The notes below the pieces were generated by a model, which ran no database searches, was not told where the DNA came from, and saw nothing but the letters and a program-made list of their open reading frames with translations. The translations under genes were made by a program, and so were the position numbers. From assembly GCA_017694565.1 (NCBI GenBank), contig JADIMR010000033.1:3501-67500 (forward strand): 64,000 bases of DNA. The letters are read 5' to 3'. The DNA is from Candidatus Enterocola intestinipullorum. GTDB taxonomy: Bacteria; Bacteroidota; Bacteroidia; Bacteroidales; Paludibacteraceae. Below, in pieces: positions 44,562 to 55,339 of this stretch. The first letter of the stretch is position 1, and the number at the start of each line of letters is the position of its first letter.

Positions 44562-46976
44562 TCAGAAATCTATCTGCAACTTCAAATTGAACTGCCTGCC
44601 TGTCAAATAATTCGGTACGGCGTATTGCTGGTTGTAAATGTCTGTTATCCAATAATACGAATTCACGTTTTCAAAACCGAACAAATTCAGGCATTCCAAA
44701 GTGATTGCTATTTTCTTGAACGGTTTGAAAAATCCCCTGCCCATCCACGGATCCTTTCCTGCTTCAAAAACCCTCGAAACACCTATGTCCACTCGGCGGT
44801 AAGCGGGCGCACGCATGGTTGACGACATATATCGCGGGCTGCGGGGCGGACCTACCGGCAGGCCTTGGGCAAAGTTCAACAACAAATGTACACGATATTG
44901 GGGAATGCCGGGTATGTAATCCTGGAAAAACAACGAAACATTGAACAATTGGTCCATCGGTCGCGGGATATAACCGTAACCGTCGCCGTAAACATCTTCC
45001 TTCGCCCCCATCAGCGATACCGAAATCCATGAATCCACTCCGGGCACGAATTCGCCGAACAGCTTCATGTCCACTCCGGCCGCCCAACCTCTGGCATCGT
45101 TATTACCAAGATAATTGATGCTCACGTTATCCACGTTGTATGTAATGATGTCTTGCAAGTTCTTGTAATAAACATCCATCGTGAATTTGAACTGGCGGCG
45201 CAGGAAAGTATAATACAAATCCATGCCGCCGATTACCTGGAATGCCCTTTGCGAACGTATGTCCTTGTTCAGGTAATTGGTAAGATTGCCATCTATGGTT
45301 ACCGTGTCTTTCAGTTCCTTGAAACTCGGCTGCTGGTAATACAGACCGGTTGCAAGACGGAAACGCATGTCTATTTTCGATTTCGGGAAAAATGCTATCG
45401 TGGCTCTCGGGCTTATCGTGGCCTCGCCGTTGAAATCCCAATAGTTCATCCTGATTCCGCCGGCAAAGGCAAAAAGCCCCCAATCCAGATGCAGGCGGTA
45501 TTCATCCTGGATGTAAGCATGTACACGTGTAACATCCAATGTGTTTACGGAATTAAGGCTATAATACAGATTGACCTTGTCCGGCTCGTATGGAATCGAA
45601 TACCCGGAAGAATCCCGCATCTCCCATTCGTTCACATTCTCGTCCACCATTTCCCGCACCACGTCCACGCCCCAGTAGAGCGAATTGTTTTCCGTTATGT
45701 CGAACTTACCGTCATGGGCGACTTTGATGACCGTGGCCGCCATGGTATTGCGGGCATGTTCATAATAATTGCCTACCCCGGTTATCTCATCGCGGCTACC
45801 CGAAGAGGACACTACGGAACTCAGCCAATACTCGCCTTGTATGTCGTAACTTTCACGTTCATCGGTGTAGAAGGATGATACGGCAAGCGACAAATCGACT
45901 CGTTTGCTTGGCTTGTAATCCAACTTCAAAGCCCCGAAGAACGTACGGAACACATCTTGCTCCGAGCCGTCGAAATAAACCGTGAAATTCTGCTGCATAC
46001 CGATAGGACCGAATGAAGTCGAACGGGTTTCCGGCTCGAAATTATATGTATTCTGCGATATGTTGCCCAAAAACGAGAGTTTCCATTTCTCGTCGAAGTC
46101 GTAGGTCATGTAGGTCTGGTAGTCGATGAAATTGGGGTTGTATTCGGCTTTCGTTTGCAAAGAACCCAACAGATACGACGAATTCTTGTACCTTATTCCG
46201 TGCATTTGGGAAAACTTGCCAGTAGTACTGCCTATATAACCGGACGCGCCTAAGAAACTGCCAGAAACGCTCGCTTCGAACTTGACAGGTTTCTTGTATT
46301 CTATGTCCAGCACAGAGGATAATTTGTCCCCGCGCTTGGCGTCGAACCCTCCTGCCGAAAAATTGACGGATCCCACCATCGACGGATTGACGAAACTCAA
46401 ACCCTCCTGCTCTCCTGTACGCACAAGATAGGGACGGTATACCTCAATGCCGTTTACATAAACGCTGTTCTCGTCATAACTTCCGCCCCTGACCGAATAT
46501 TGCGAACTGAGCTCGTTGGTGGAACTTACCCCGGGAAGTGTTTTCAGTATCCCCTCGATACCCCCGCCAGTGGCCTGCGGCAGGTAAGAAAAGTCCGTCA
46601 TGCTCAATTCTTCGTAAGTATCGGCTTGCAAACGGTGTCCCTGTACCTCGAAATCGTCCAGTTCATGGACGGATTCCGACATCAGTATGTCCAACCGCCG
46701 TGCAGGGCGGCTTTTATTCTTGGAATACGAATGTTTCTGGGTAGCATATCCTATGTATGAAAAAGTAAGTTCCACGCTGTCGGATGGAATCACGACGTTG
46801 TAATAACCTGTACTGTCCGTTATGGTATGGATTCCTTGCGTTTCGTCACGGATATCGACATGGGTCAGAAGGTTGCCCTTTTCGTCCCTCACATAGCCCG
46901 AGATAATGAAATCGCTGCCTCCCTTGGTGTTGGGAAGCAGGAACGAAATCAGGAATATGAACAAAGTCGTCATCAT
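44562..46976 (-). CDS. TonB-dependent outer-membrane receptor with carboxypeptidase-regulatory-like N-terminal domain
   Basis: 804 aa. N-terminal ISGYVRDEKGNLL...GYYNVVIP beta-sandwich, plug region and a long beta-barrel ending in a terminal Phe (LKLQIDF). Confidence 0.85.
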   Translation of the reverse strand: MMTTLFIFLISFLLPNTKGGSDFIISGYVRDEKGNLLTHVDIRDETQGIHTITDSTGYYNVVIPSDSVELTFSYIGYATQKHSYSKNKSRPARRLDILMSESVHELDDFEVQGHRLQADTYEELSMTDFSYLPQATGGGIEGILKTLPGVSSTNELSSQYSVRGGSYDENSVYVNGIEVYRPYLVRTGEQEGLSFVNPSMVGSVNFSAGGFDAKRGDKLSSVLDIEYKKPVKFEASVSGSFLGASGYIGSTTGKFSQMHGIRYKNSSYLLGSLQTKAEYNPNFIDYQTYMTYDFDEKWKLSFLGNISQNTYNFEPETRSTSFGPIGMQQNFTVYFDGSEQDVFRTFFGALKLDYKPSKRVDLSLAVSSFYTDERESYDIQGEYWLSSVVSSSGSRDEITGVGNYYEHARNTMAATVIKVAHDGKFDITENNSLYWGVDVVREMVDENVNEWEMRDSSGYSIPYEPDKVNLYYSLNSVNTLDVTRVHAYIQDEYRLHLDWGLFAFAGGIRMNYWDFNGEATISPRATIAFFPKSKIDMRFRLATGLYYQQPSFKELKDTVTIDGNLTNYLNKDIRSQRAFQVIGGMDLYYTFLRRQFKFTMDVYYKNLQDIITYNVDNVSINYLGNNDARGWAAGVDMKLFGEFVPGVDSWISVSLMGAKEDVYGDGYGYIPRPMDQLFNVSLFFQDYIPGIPQYRVHLLLNFAQGLPVGPPRSPRYMSSTMRAPAYRRVDIGVSRVFEAGKDPWMGRGFFKPFKKIAITLECLNLFGFENVNSYYWITDIYNQQYAVPNYLTGRQFNLKLQIDF

Positions 46977-47019
46977 CGTTTCAACGCGGCAATCTCCGTT
47001 TTATTATGGAAAATGCGAT

Positions 47020-49386
47020 TTATCCTCGGTTTATACTCGAAAATTTGGCAAATTTCAGCAACATCATGCGCTCTTTGCCGTTTGCGAAAAGGATTTTGGC
47101 AGTGTAACCGTCCACGGTTTTGCCTAAAAACCTTACTTGACCCTCGCCGAAACTGTCATGGACGACAATATCTCCCAAATGCAATTCTCCACGCCCGTAA
47201 GGAACGCTTTGCAGGCCCTCGTCGGACAAGATACTGGAAGCAGGACTGATGCGCTGCAAATTGCGTGGTTCCGGCCGGGGTTCGAACACCGGCATTCCTG
47301 TTTTTCGCGGCTGCTGCCCGTTACCGGAAAAATCCTTGGAACGGACACGGGTGAAAAATCCTTCGTCGCGGCGCGAGAAATCAACAAATGTAGAATTGCT
47401 GTAACCGTATACGGACCTCTCCACATACTTGTCGCTTATGTCGTCTAAAAAACGGCTCGGTTTGTTCATCCTCAACTGTCCGTACAAGAAGCGTTCATCG
47501 GCATAACTCAAAACGCATAGATTTCCCGCCCTCGTCATGGCGACGTACAACAACCTGCGTTCTTCTTCAATGCTTTCATTATCTGCCAACGACATCGGGC
47601 CGGGAAACAAGCCGTCTTCCATGCCGGCAACGAAAACATTAGGGAATTCCAATCCTTTGGCAGCATGTATGGTCATGAGCGCGACCTTGGGCTTGTCCTC
47701 GTCTTCTTTCTTTGTGTCCTGGTCGGTCGCAAGCACCGCAAGGCTCAAAAAGCCGGTCAATGACGCTTCTTCTCCCTCGCTTTGGCGGGATTCGCAGAAC
47801 TCGCCTATGCTGCCAAGCAATTCGGATATGTTTTCCAAGCGGCTGCATTCATCGGGCGTAAGAATGCCGTATTTTTCATCGGTAAGGTTCAGGTCCAATT
47901 CATTGACGAGTTCCCGGGCTATTTCAAGAGCATTCATATTGTCCGTCATGCCGGAGTATTTGCCGATCATGCCGGTAAACGCCACAAGCTTGGTTTTGGC
48001 TGCGGGACTGACTTCCAATCCATATTTGTCCGGGGCGGATGCCGTGTCGAAAAGGCTTGTGTTGTTATTGCGCGCTGATTCGGCGATCCTGGTCATGGTA
48101 ACATTACCGATGCCACGCGCCGGAACGTTTATTATGCGGCGTAACGCCTCGTCGTCAGCATGGTTGGCAATCAATCTCAAATATGCCAATATGTCCTTCA
48201 CTTCCTTGCGCTGGTAAAATGAAGTGCCGCCGTAAATCTCGTATGGAACGGACAAGCTCCGCAAAGCATCTTCCAATTTGCGGGACTGTGAATTGGTACG
48301 GTACAAAATGGCGAAATCATCGTAAGACGCACCGCGATTGCCCATGTCCTTTATCTTTCCGGCTATCATGCGGGCTTCCTCGTCATCGCTGCGGGTCTCT
48401 ATGATTTTCACTTTCTCGCCGTCTTCCTTTTCAGAATAGACGTTTTTGGGAAGTTGCCCGCGGTTTTTCTTTATAAGGCTGCCCGCAGCCGAGACTATGT
48501 TTTTCGTCGAACGGTAATTCCTTTCCAACTTGAAAGTCCTGGCTTCGGGAAAATTATTGCAGAAGTTCAATATGTTGCCGATTTTCGCCCCACGGAAAGC
48601 ATAAATGCTCTGTGCATCGTCGCCTACCACGCACACCCTGTGATGTTGTGCCGCAAGCATCCTCACTATGTAATATTGCAAAGTGTTGGTGTCCTGGTAC
48701 TCGTCCACAAGGATGAATTGGAACCTTTCGCGGTATTTTTGCAAAATTTCCTCGTTGTCACGGAACAATACGTATGTGAGCAAAAGCAAATCATCGAAAT
48801 CCACCGCATTTGCCGCCCTTAGCCTGCGCATGTACTCCGTGTAAATCTCGCCGACACGCGGCATGTCGCGCCGTTTGTCCTGCAAGGCGAAATCGGACAC
48901 GATGTAATCCTTCGGGAACATGACCGAATTCTTGGCAGCGGATATGCGCGACAATACGAAAGACGGGGTATATTGTTTTTCGGCCTGCTTGGTATCGATG
49001 CCCATGTCTTTCATGACAGCTTTTACAAGTGATTTGCTGTCATCGGTATCGTATATGGTGAACGACGGGGTAAGGGAGAGGTATCCGGCTTCGCTGCGCA
49101 ATATGCGTGCGAATATGGAGTGGAACGTTCCCATTGCAAGGCCTTTCGACTTGTTGTACCCCACCATCCGGGCTATGCGTTGCTTCATCTCCGCAGCCGC
49201 CTTGTTGGTAAAAGTGAGTGCCAAGATGTTTTCCGGCGGCAATCCCAAATCCAACAAGTAGGCCACTTTGTAGGTAAGTACCCTCGTCTTGCCCGAGCCT
49301 GCCCCTGCAATTACCAACGACGGGCCGTTATTGTACAAGACAGCTTCCTTTTGCTGCGGATTAAGGCTTTCTATATCTTCTTGCAT
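47020..49386 (-). CDS. ATP-dependent DNA helicase, UvrD/PcrA/Rep family
   Basis: AGAGSGKT, DEYQDTN, VGDDAQSIYAFRGA and TIHAAKGLEF motifs. 788 aa. Confidence 0.93.
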   Translation of the reverse strand: MQEDIESLNPQQKEAVLYNNGPSLVIAGAGSGKTRVLTYKVAYLLDLGLPPENILALTFTNKAAAEMKQRIARMVGYNKSKGLAMGTFHSIFARILRSEAGYLSLTPSFTIYDTDDSKSLVKAVMKDMGIDTKQAEKQYTPSFVLSRISAAKNSVMFPKDYIVSDFALQDKRRDMPRVGEIYTEYMRRLRAANAVDFDDLLLLTYVLFRDNEEILQKYRERFQFILVDEYQDTNTLQYYIVRMLAAQHHRVCVVGDDAQSIYAFRGAKIGNILNFCNNFPEARTFKLERNYRSTKNIVSAAGSLIKKNRGQLPKNVYSEKEDGEKVKIIETRSDDEEARMIAGKIKDMGNRGASYDDFAILYRTNSQSRKLEDALRSLSVPYEIYGGTSFYQRKEVKDILAYLRLIANHADDEALRRIINVPARGIGNVTMTRIAESARNNNTSLFDTASAPDKYGLEVSPAAKTKLVAFTGMIGKYSGMTDNMNALEIARELVNELDLNLTDEKYGILTPDECSRLENISELLGSIGEFCESRQSEGEEASLTGFLSLAVLATDQDTKKEDEDKPKVALMTIHAAKGLEFPNVFVAGMEDGLFPGPMSLADNESIEEERRLLYVAMTRAGNLCVLSYADERFLYGQLRMNKPSRFLDDISDKYVERSVYGYSNSTFVDFSRRDEGFFTRVRSKDFSGNGQQPRKTGMPVFEPRPEPRNLQRISPASSILSDEGLQSVPYGRGELHLGDIVVHDSFGEGQVRFLGKTVDGYTAKILFANGKERMMLLKFAKFSSINRG

Positions 49387-49396
49387 CTGTTTGTGT

Positions 49397-49424
49397 AACT
49401 AACCACCACTAATCAATATCCACC
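49397..49424 (+). repeat. 7-nt periodic tract overlapping the aroC 3' end
   Basis: AACTAAC CACCACT AATCAAT ATCCACC. The aroC stop codon is at 49413-49415. Confidence 0.55.
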
Positions 49425-50432
49425 AATCCGCGATGACCGGGACATAAGACATGCATCGAGCATCACCATTGCCGCCATCGATTCCACAATCGGGAGAGCC
49501 CTCGGCAATACGCAGCTGTCATGCCGGCCTTTGGGTTCGACCACGCAAGGGTTCATCGAAGTATCCACGCTTTGCTGCTGCTTGAATATGGTGGCAATGG
49601 GTTTGAACGCGACATTGAAATAAATATCCATGCCGTTGGAAATCCCGCCTTGTATGCCGCCTGAATTGTTCGTAAGGGTTACGACCTTCCCGTCCCTGAA
49701 CGCGAAGGCATCGTTCTGTTCAGATCCACGGTGCCTGCATCCTTCAAAACCGGAGCCGTATTCGAACCCCTTGGCAGCGTTGATCGACATCATGGCCGCA
49801 GCCAGCATGGCATGGAGTTTTCCGGCGACCGGTTCGCCCCAACCGGCCGGGACACCGCATATCGTGCATGTTATTATGCCGCCCACGCTGTCCCCGTCGC
49901 GCTTGGCATCGAGAATCATGCCGTTCATTTCTTCCTCCGTGCCACGCACGCCGCCCACTTCCGCAATGCGGGCATCTATATGCAGAGGATACCCTGCCGC
50001 TTTCAGTGCCAGCTTGGCCAATGCGCCGGCCACGACACGTGCGGCGGTTTCACGTGCGGAACTGCGTCCGCCACCACGGTAATCGCGGGTTCCATATTTT
50101 GCAAAATATGTATAGTCAGCGTGCGAAGGACGGAATACGTCTTTTATCGACGAGTAGTCGCGGGAGCGTTGGTCGGTATTGAAAATTGCGAAACCTATGG
50201 GAGTCCCCGTAGTCCGCCCCTCGAAGATGCCCGACAGGAATTCCACCTTGTCCGCTTCGTCGCGGGCAGTACCGAGAGCCGTGCCGCCCGGCCTGCGCCT
50301 GTCCAACTCGGATTGTATGAACTGCATGTCCACCTCCACACCCGCAGGACAGCCGTCAATCACGCCGCCGATGGCCGGACCGTGGGACTCGCCGAAACAA
50401 GTCAGTTTGTATATGTTGCCGAAAGTATTCAT
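49413..50432 (-). CDS. aroC: Chorismate synthase
   Basis: The ATG at 50432 gives [28 protein letters not shown] motif. 339 aa. Confidence 0.95.
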   Translation of the reverse strand: MNTFGNIYKLTCFGESHGPAIGGVIDGCPAGVEVDMQFIQSELDRRRPGGTALGTARDEADKVEFLSGIFEGRTTGTPIGFAIFNTDQRSRDYSSIKDVFRPSHADYTYFAKYGTRDYRGGGRSSARETAARVVAGALAKLALKAAGYPLHIDARIAEVGGVRGTEEEMNGMILDAKRDGDSVGGIITCTICGVPAGWGEPVAGKLHAMLAAAMMSINAAKGFEYGSGFEGCRHRGSEQNDAFAFRDGKVVTLTNNSGGIQGGISNGMDIYFNVAFKPIATIFKQQQSVDTSMNPCVVEPKGRHDSCVLPRALPIVESMAAMVMLDACLMSRSSRIGGY

Positions 50433-50582
50433 GATTAGAAGTTTCAGGTTTGACTTCGTACATAGCCGGTTGCATACGGCCAATGACGATATGGATTGTC
50501 CTTATTACCGGTTTGCAAAGCATTCCCGGTTCCTGCGTATGATTATCAAGGACATTGTCGCTGCGCGGGACTTTGCAATTCA

Positions 50583-51134
50583 TTAACAGCAGCAACCGCC
50601 GCCGTTACAACCGCTGCCGCAATCGTCCTCGTCGCAATGGCAACCACCGCCGCAATGACAGCCACTCATGGCTTTTTTTATTTCTTCGTCGGTGGCAGGA
50701 TGCTTGTCGATTATCTTTCCTGTGAAATGCAAATCTTCACCAGCCAAAGGATGGTTCAAGTCCACGGTAACGGTGTCGTGCCCGACTTTTACAACGGAAG
50801 CATCCACCCTGTTGCCCTCGGAATCGCTCAATGGCACTATGTTTCCCTCGAACAATATGCTTTCTTCGATTTTGCCGTTTATCTCGAACAGGTGTTTGGG
50901 AAGGTCTATGACACCGTTGTCATCATATTCGCCGTAAGCATCCGCACATTCAATGGTAAAATCAAAACTGTCGCCGGGATTGAGTTGTGTCACGTTTGCT
51001 TCAAACTTGTCCAGCATCATTCCTATGCCGCTGTAAAACACGAGAGGGTTCTCCGCAGTAGTGCTTTCCATAAGTTCCTGTTCATCGCCTACCCTCAATT
51101 CGTATGCAAGCGAGATGTAAAATTTTTCTTCCAT
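50583..51134 (-). CDS. slyD: FKBP-type peptidyl-prolyl isomerase SlyD-like with Cys/Gly-rich metal-binding tail
   Basis: FKBP core with an IF insertion (HPLAGEDLHFTGKI). The C-terminal tail is SGCHCGGGCHCDEDDCGSGCNGGGCCC. Confidence 0.85.
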   Translation of the reverse strand: MEEKFYISLAYELRVGDEQELMESTTAENPLVFYSGIGMMLDKFEANVTQLNPGDSFDFTIECADAYGEYDDNGVIDLPKHLFEINGKIEESILFEGNIVPLSDSEGNRVDASVVKVGHDTVTVDLNHPLAGEDLHFTGKIIDKHPATDEEIKKAMSGCHCGGGCHCDEDDCGSGCNGGGCCC

Positions 51135-51171
51135 GTCGTTTATATATTTTTATAGTTGTCCCTATCATTTA

Positions 51172-53979
51172 TCAGAACCAATTGACGCGGGCGGCGGCTT
51201 CGGATTGTTTTTCGTATTTCAAATCGCGAAGTATGGAAGCCTTGACGCTGATTGCGAAATTATAAGTCGCATAGCGGCCGATTGGCACAAAACTGCAAGA
51301 CATCTGCCAGCAATGCAAATCTTTTGTCAGGGTGCAATTGACATAGCTCCAACTGTTGTTTGTAATATCGTAATAAGCCGACACGCTCAAATTCCACGTG
51401 TCGGTAAAACTTATGTTGCCCGACAAACTCAAATTGTGCGTGAGTTTACGGTTATATTCCATTTGCTCGTAATTGAAATCGGAATACGCATACCGTATGC
51501 TGTAATTCAGGGATAACGACCACGGTATCTTGAATTCCTTGTAATCCTTGTCCGCAGCAGTGTACCGGGCCAAACGCCTGTCCTTGGCCGTCATCAATTC
51601 CAGCGGCGCGACATCGTCCAATGTCTCTTCCAACTGCGAACTCCGGGCTTTTGGATCCTGTCCCGACGATGCGGTCGTCTTGCCTTTTTTCTTCTTGAAG
51701 GTATCGTTATTGAACGTGTAACCGAACGAGGTTGAGACGCTTTGCAGCCTTCCCGGAACCATGTTTTTCTCCCATTGCGTCACATCCACCCTCGTGGGGC
51801 TTCCGAATTCGTTGAGTTGGTAAGTATACGGGTCGAAAACGAAATTGACATTCATGGAGAACTGGTCCCAAATCTTGAACCTTACGTTCATGTTTATGTT
51901 TTGCCAATTCAACGAATCGGCTATGAAATTATAACCGCTGCTTAGGCTCAAATTGTCTATGATCGAGATTTTTTTCGGTTTGCCGGTCGTGTCGTTCTTC
52001 GCCCAGTATTTCATCTCCAAGTTGTTCGACAAGGAAAAAGACAGGATGCCCTGCGCGCCCCGGGACGGGCTGCCACCGTATATGCCGCCGGTGTAATGGT
52101 CGTACCACACTTCGTGCATCACCCCGTTTTGGTCGGGCCGCATGTAGCTGTCCCAATAGCCCCATGCGCCGGTACCGAAGTCCGGGGCGGCCGAGAAGCT
52201 CACGGAAGGCATCATCTTGTGGCGGAATACCGGCAATTTCTTGTTTTTGTTCTTGCTTTTCAGCGTGTAAAAGCCGTATAGCGTCGTGGACATGCTGACC
52301 GACCCGCTGAAATCGTATATGTTGTAAAAGCCGTATGTCGTATCGGCCACCACCGCCCCGTCATACGCGCCTTCCCAATGCTGGTTCACCCTGCGGAAAT
52401 ACCATTTGAGGTTGTTGCTCATGTTCACGTTCAAGTTCAAGTACTTGAACAATGTGAACGAAGCGGATATGGGCAAATCGTGTTCCATGCCGTTTTTCCA
52501 ATCCCTAAGGAAATTCATGTCCGCGAACTGGCTTTCCTTGGTGGTTATGCTGTTGCCGAGGTTGAATGTATAATTGAGCGCGATTTTTTCATACCACTTT
52601 TCAGAGCCGGACCTTTTTTTACGCTTGAACGGATATACCCTGCTCATGTTCAAGACCACGCTCGGCAGTTGCAGGTTTATCGTGGAATCGGAAGTGCGCT
52701 GGTTGAGGTACATGCTGGCCGACAACGTGAACGGGCTGTCCCCCAACTTTTGCGTAAGAGTTATGGTGGAGCTTTTGGTATTTTGCGACAACTGTGCAGG
52801 GTTATAGTAACTGTCCACGTTGTTCTGGTCGTAACTCGATGTAGAGAAATTCACGCTGGCTGAAAAAGTCGTGTTGGGACTCATCTTGGAATCCTGCGTG
52901 TGCGACCACAACACCCTGAAATCGGTAGAAGCCCTGTAATCCGGAGTATTGGGAGTACCATAGACATTCCGGACGAAGCTCAAATTCAAAGAGCCTGAAA
53001 ACTTGTACCGCCATTTGTAACTCGAAGCCAGCATCAACGACCACGAACCTTTGGTGTACACATCGGCAGTAAGCGCCATGTCTATATAATCGTTGATGGC
53101 GAAATAATACCCGAAACCCTCCGCATAAAATCCCCTGCTGCTTTCTTCGCCGAAAGTGGGCAGGATTATGCCTGACTGGTATGACTTTGTCATCGGGAAA
53201 TACCCAAAAGGCAACGCAAGCGGGACAGGTATGTCCTCGACTACCATGTAGGCCGGCCCTGAGACTATGTATTTGCCTTGCTTCATCTTTGCCTTGGTGA
53301 GAGCCAAATAAAAATGCGGATGGTCGTGATTGTCGCACGTGGTGTACTTGCCGCCTTGCAAGCAATATATGTCTTCGTCCGTTTTCTTGGTCTTGTCGCT
53401 CGTAACGTATCCCTCGCCCTGCTCCGTCACAGTACCGTATATGAAGCCTTTTTTGGTTTCAAAATTATAACGCATGGCTTTCGATTCGAAAGACTGGCTG
53501 CCTTCCGAAAACACGGGAATGCCTACCATGGCACCGGTAGAATCTATCGAACCGGTGGCATACACGGTATTGCTGTCCAAGCGCAGGCGTATGTAATCGG
53601 CGCGCAAATCCATGTTCTGGTACTTGACATGGGCATCGCCGTACAGGATGGCAGTCGTGGAGCCTATCAATACTATGGAATCCTGCGCATCGTAAAATAT
53701 GTCGTCTTCTATTGCCGACGGCGACAAGGAGCCGTTTCCGGCAGGAGCCTCCTGCGGAGCAGCCGTGCTGTCCGGCGATTGGACGGGCGGGCCGGAAAGG
53801 GGAAGTCCGCCGGCATCGGCCACGGTATCGGTTCCGGATGCAGCGACACTGTCAGCGGACACCGCTGCCTGGCGCACCGTGCCGATATCCGGGGCTTCGG
53901 AGACCTCCGCCGCCGACGGGAAAACCGCTGCAAGCATCAAGGCGAATGCCGTGGCAAATATGGATAGAAAACGCTTCAA
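51172..53979 (-). CDS. LptD/OstA-like outer-membrane LPS-assembly protein (Bacteroidota long form)
   Basis: 935 aa. Signal peptide MKRFLSIFATAFALMLAAVF begins at a TTG. OstA-like segment LYGDAHVKYQNMDLRADYIRL. The long beta-rich C-terminal part ends in aromatic residues (RVNWF). Confidence 0.7.
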   Translation of the reverse strand: MKRFLSIFATAFALMLAAVFPSAAEVSEAPDIGTVRQAAVSADSVAASGTDTVADAGGLPLSGPPVQSPDSTAAPQEAPAGNGSLSPSAIEDDIFYDAQDSIVLIGSTTAILYGDAHVKYQNMDLRADYIRLRLDSNTVYATGSIDSTGAMVGIPVFSEGSQSFESKAMRYNFETKKGFIYGTVTEQGEGYVTSDKTKKTDEDIYCLQGGKYTTCDNHDHPHFYLALTKAKMKQGKYIVSGPAYMVVEDIPVPLALPFGYFPMTKSYQSGIILPTFGEESSRGFYAEGFGYYFAINDYIDMALTADVYTKGSWSLMLASSYKWRYKFSGSLNLSFVRNVYGTPNTPDYRASTDFRVLWSHTQDSKMSPNTTFSASVNFSTSSYDQNNVDSYYNPAQLSQNTKSSTITLTQKLGDSPFTLSASMYLNQRTSDSTINLQLPSVVLNMSRVYPFKRKKRSGSEKWYEKIALNYTFNLGNSITTKESQFADMNFLRDWKNGMEHDLPISASFTLFKYLNLNVNMSNNLKWYFRRVNQHWEGAYDGAVVADTTYGFYNIYDFSGSVSMSTTLYGFYTLKSKNKNKKLPVFRHKMMPSVSFSAAPDFGTGAWGYWDSYMRPDQNGVMHEVWYDHYTGGIYGGSPSRGAQGILSFSLSNNLEMKYWAKNDTTGKPKKISIIDNLSLSSGYNFIADSLNWQNINMNVRFKIWDQFSMNVNFVFDPYTYQLNEFGSPTRVDVTQWEKNMVPGRLQSVSTSFGYTFNNDTFKKKKGKTTASSGQDPKARSSQLEETLDDVAPLELMTAKDRRLARYTAADKDYKEFKIPWSLSLNYSIRYAYSDFNYEQMEYNRKLTHNLSLSGNISFTDTWNLSVSAYYDITNNSWSYVNCTLTKDLHCWQMSCSFVPIGRYATYNFAISVKASILRDLKYEKQSEAAARVNWF

Positions 53980-54112
53980 ACCGGAAGTGTGGGTATACTA
54001 TGTTCAATTAACGGGCAAAATTAGTAAAATAGTACGGGATAACATGAAATAAAACCCTGCTTTAAGGTTAAAAATTGAGTATTATTAATCTTTATCATAT
54101 CAGCCAAAATAC

Positions 54113-54120
54113 TAACTTTG
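54113..54120 (+). promoter_or_regulatory. Candidate -7 box upstream of the amidase gene
   Basis: TAACTTTG (TAnnTTTG), 65 nt upstream of the ATG at 54185. Confidence 0.3.
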
Positions 54121-54184
54121 CAAATTGTAAAATCAACGCAAAGCGTTTTTGCGAAACTTGTCCTATTTGTTACTATTTCCAAGG

Positions 54185-55324
54185 ATGAAAAACAGGATTG
54201 TTCTGACCATCACGGCATTATTTTACGCTGCAGTGTCCGCAGCATTCACGGTAGTGATAGATGCCGGACACGGCGGACATGATGCCGGTGCCATAGGGTC
54301 TTATTCGAAAGAGAAAAACATAAACCTCAAATATGCCCTGCTTGTCGGCAACATGCTGAAAGAAAAGAATCCGGACATAAAGGTCATTTTCACCCGCGAC
54401 AAGGACGTATTCGTGGAATTGAAGGAGCGCGCGGCAATTGCCAACCGTGCAAATGCAGACTTGTTCGTGTCGATTCATACGAATTCTTCCAAAAGCCAGT
54501 CGGCCAACGGGATGGAAACATTCACCCTCGGTGCGTCGCGAAGCAAGGAAAACATGGAAGTAGCGATGCTGGAAAACTCCGTTATTTTGTTGGAGGAAGA
54601 CCACGAGAGCAAATACGAAGGATTCGACCCGAATTCAACCGATTCGTACATAATGTTCGAATTCATGAAGGACCAGTACAGCAATTTTTCGATACAATGC
54701 GCCGACCTCGTGCAGAAGAACATCATTGAAGCGTCGGGCAGGACTGACAGGGGCGTAAGGCAGGCCGGTTTTCTGGTTTTGAGGGCAACCGCAATGCCTT
54801 CCATATTGATAGAATTGGGATTCATCTCGAACCGCGCCGAAGAAAAATTCCTGAACCAAAGCGCGAACCAAGTCAAAGTAGCCACGGCGATTTATAATGC
54901 TATCGTGGACTACAAACACGAATTGGAGAAGAAGAACGGCGGTGTGAAAACCGGCGATTCCGCTACGGGCAAGGCAACGACCGCCACTCCGGCCACGGCA
55001 GGCACGGCGGCGCAAAACAGCGGTAAAACGGGAAATGCGGTTACGTCCACAACATCACAAAGCGGTATTCTATTGTACGTGCAATTCCTCGCTTCGGGCA
55101 ACAAATATGCCGAAGGCGACAGCCATTTCAAGGGTTTGAAAGGCATAGTCGCAAAACAGGAAGGCAAATTATACAAATACATGACCGGCGGCACGGACAA
55201 TATTGCCGAAATCGAAAAAATAAAAAATCAAGTACAGGAAAAATTTCCAGAAGCCTTTATCGTGGCATACGAAAACGGCAAAAAGACCGATGCGAAAGCC
55301 GCAATGGAAAAATTACGCAAATAA
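54185..55324 (+). CDS. N-acetylmuramoyl-L-alanine amidase (Amidase_3) with C-terminal SPOR-like domain
   Basis: VVIDAGHGGHDAGA, SIHTNS and LIELGFISN motifs. The ATG at 54185 gives the signal-like N-terminus MKNRIVLTITALF. Confidence 0.88.
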   Translation: MKNRIVLTITALFYAAVSAAFTVVIDAGHGGHDAGAIGSYSKEKNINLKYALLVGNMLKEKNPDIKVIFTRDKDVFVELKERAAIANRANADLFVSIHTNSSKSQSANGMETFTLGASRSKENMEVAMLENSVILLEEDHESKYEGFDPNSTDSYIMFEFMKDQYSNFSIQCADLVQKNIIEASGRTDRGVRQAGFLVLRATAMPSILIELGFISNRAEEKFLNQSANQVKVATAIYNAIVDYKHELEKKNGGVKTGDSATGKATTATPATAGTAAQNSGKTGNAVTSTTSQSGILLYVQFLASGNKYAEGDSHFKGLKGIVAKQEGKLYKYMTGGTDNIAEIEKIKNQVQEKFPEAFIVAYENGKKTDAKAAMEKLRK

Positions 55325-55339
55325 CACACTCACGACAAT

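Noticed and set aside
37263-53967. Other large shadow ORFs: 37263..38111 (+), 40226..40963 (-), 45153..45878 (+), 49731..50438 (+), 50496..51155 (+) and 53278..53967 (+)
   Set aside because: Each lies antisense to a motif-supported gene. The Ala/Thr-rich run in 50496..51155 is simply the complement of the SlyD Cys/Gly tail.
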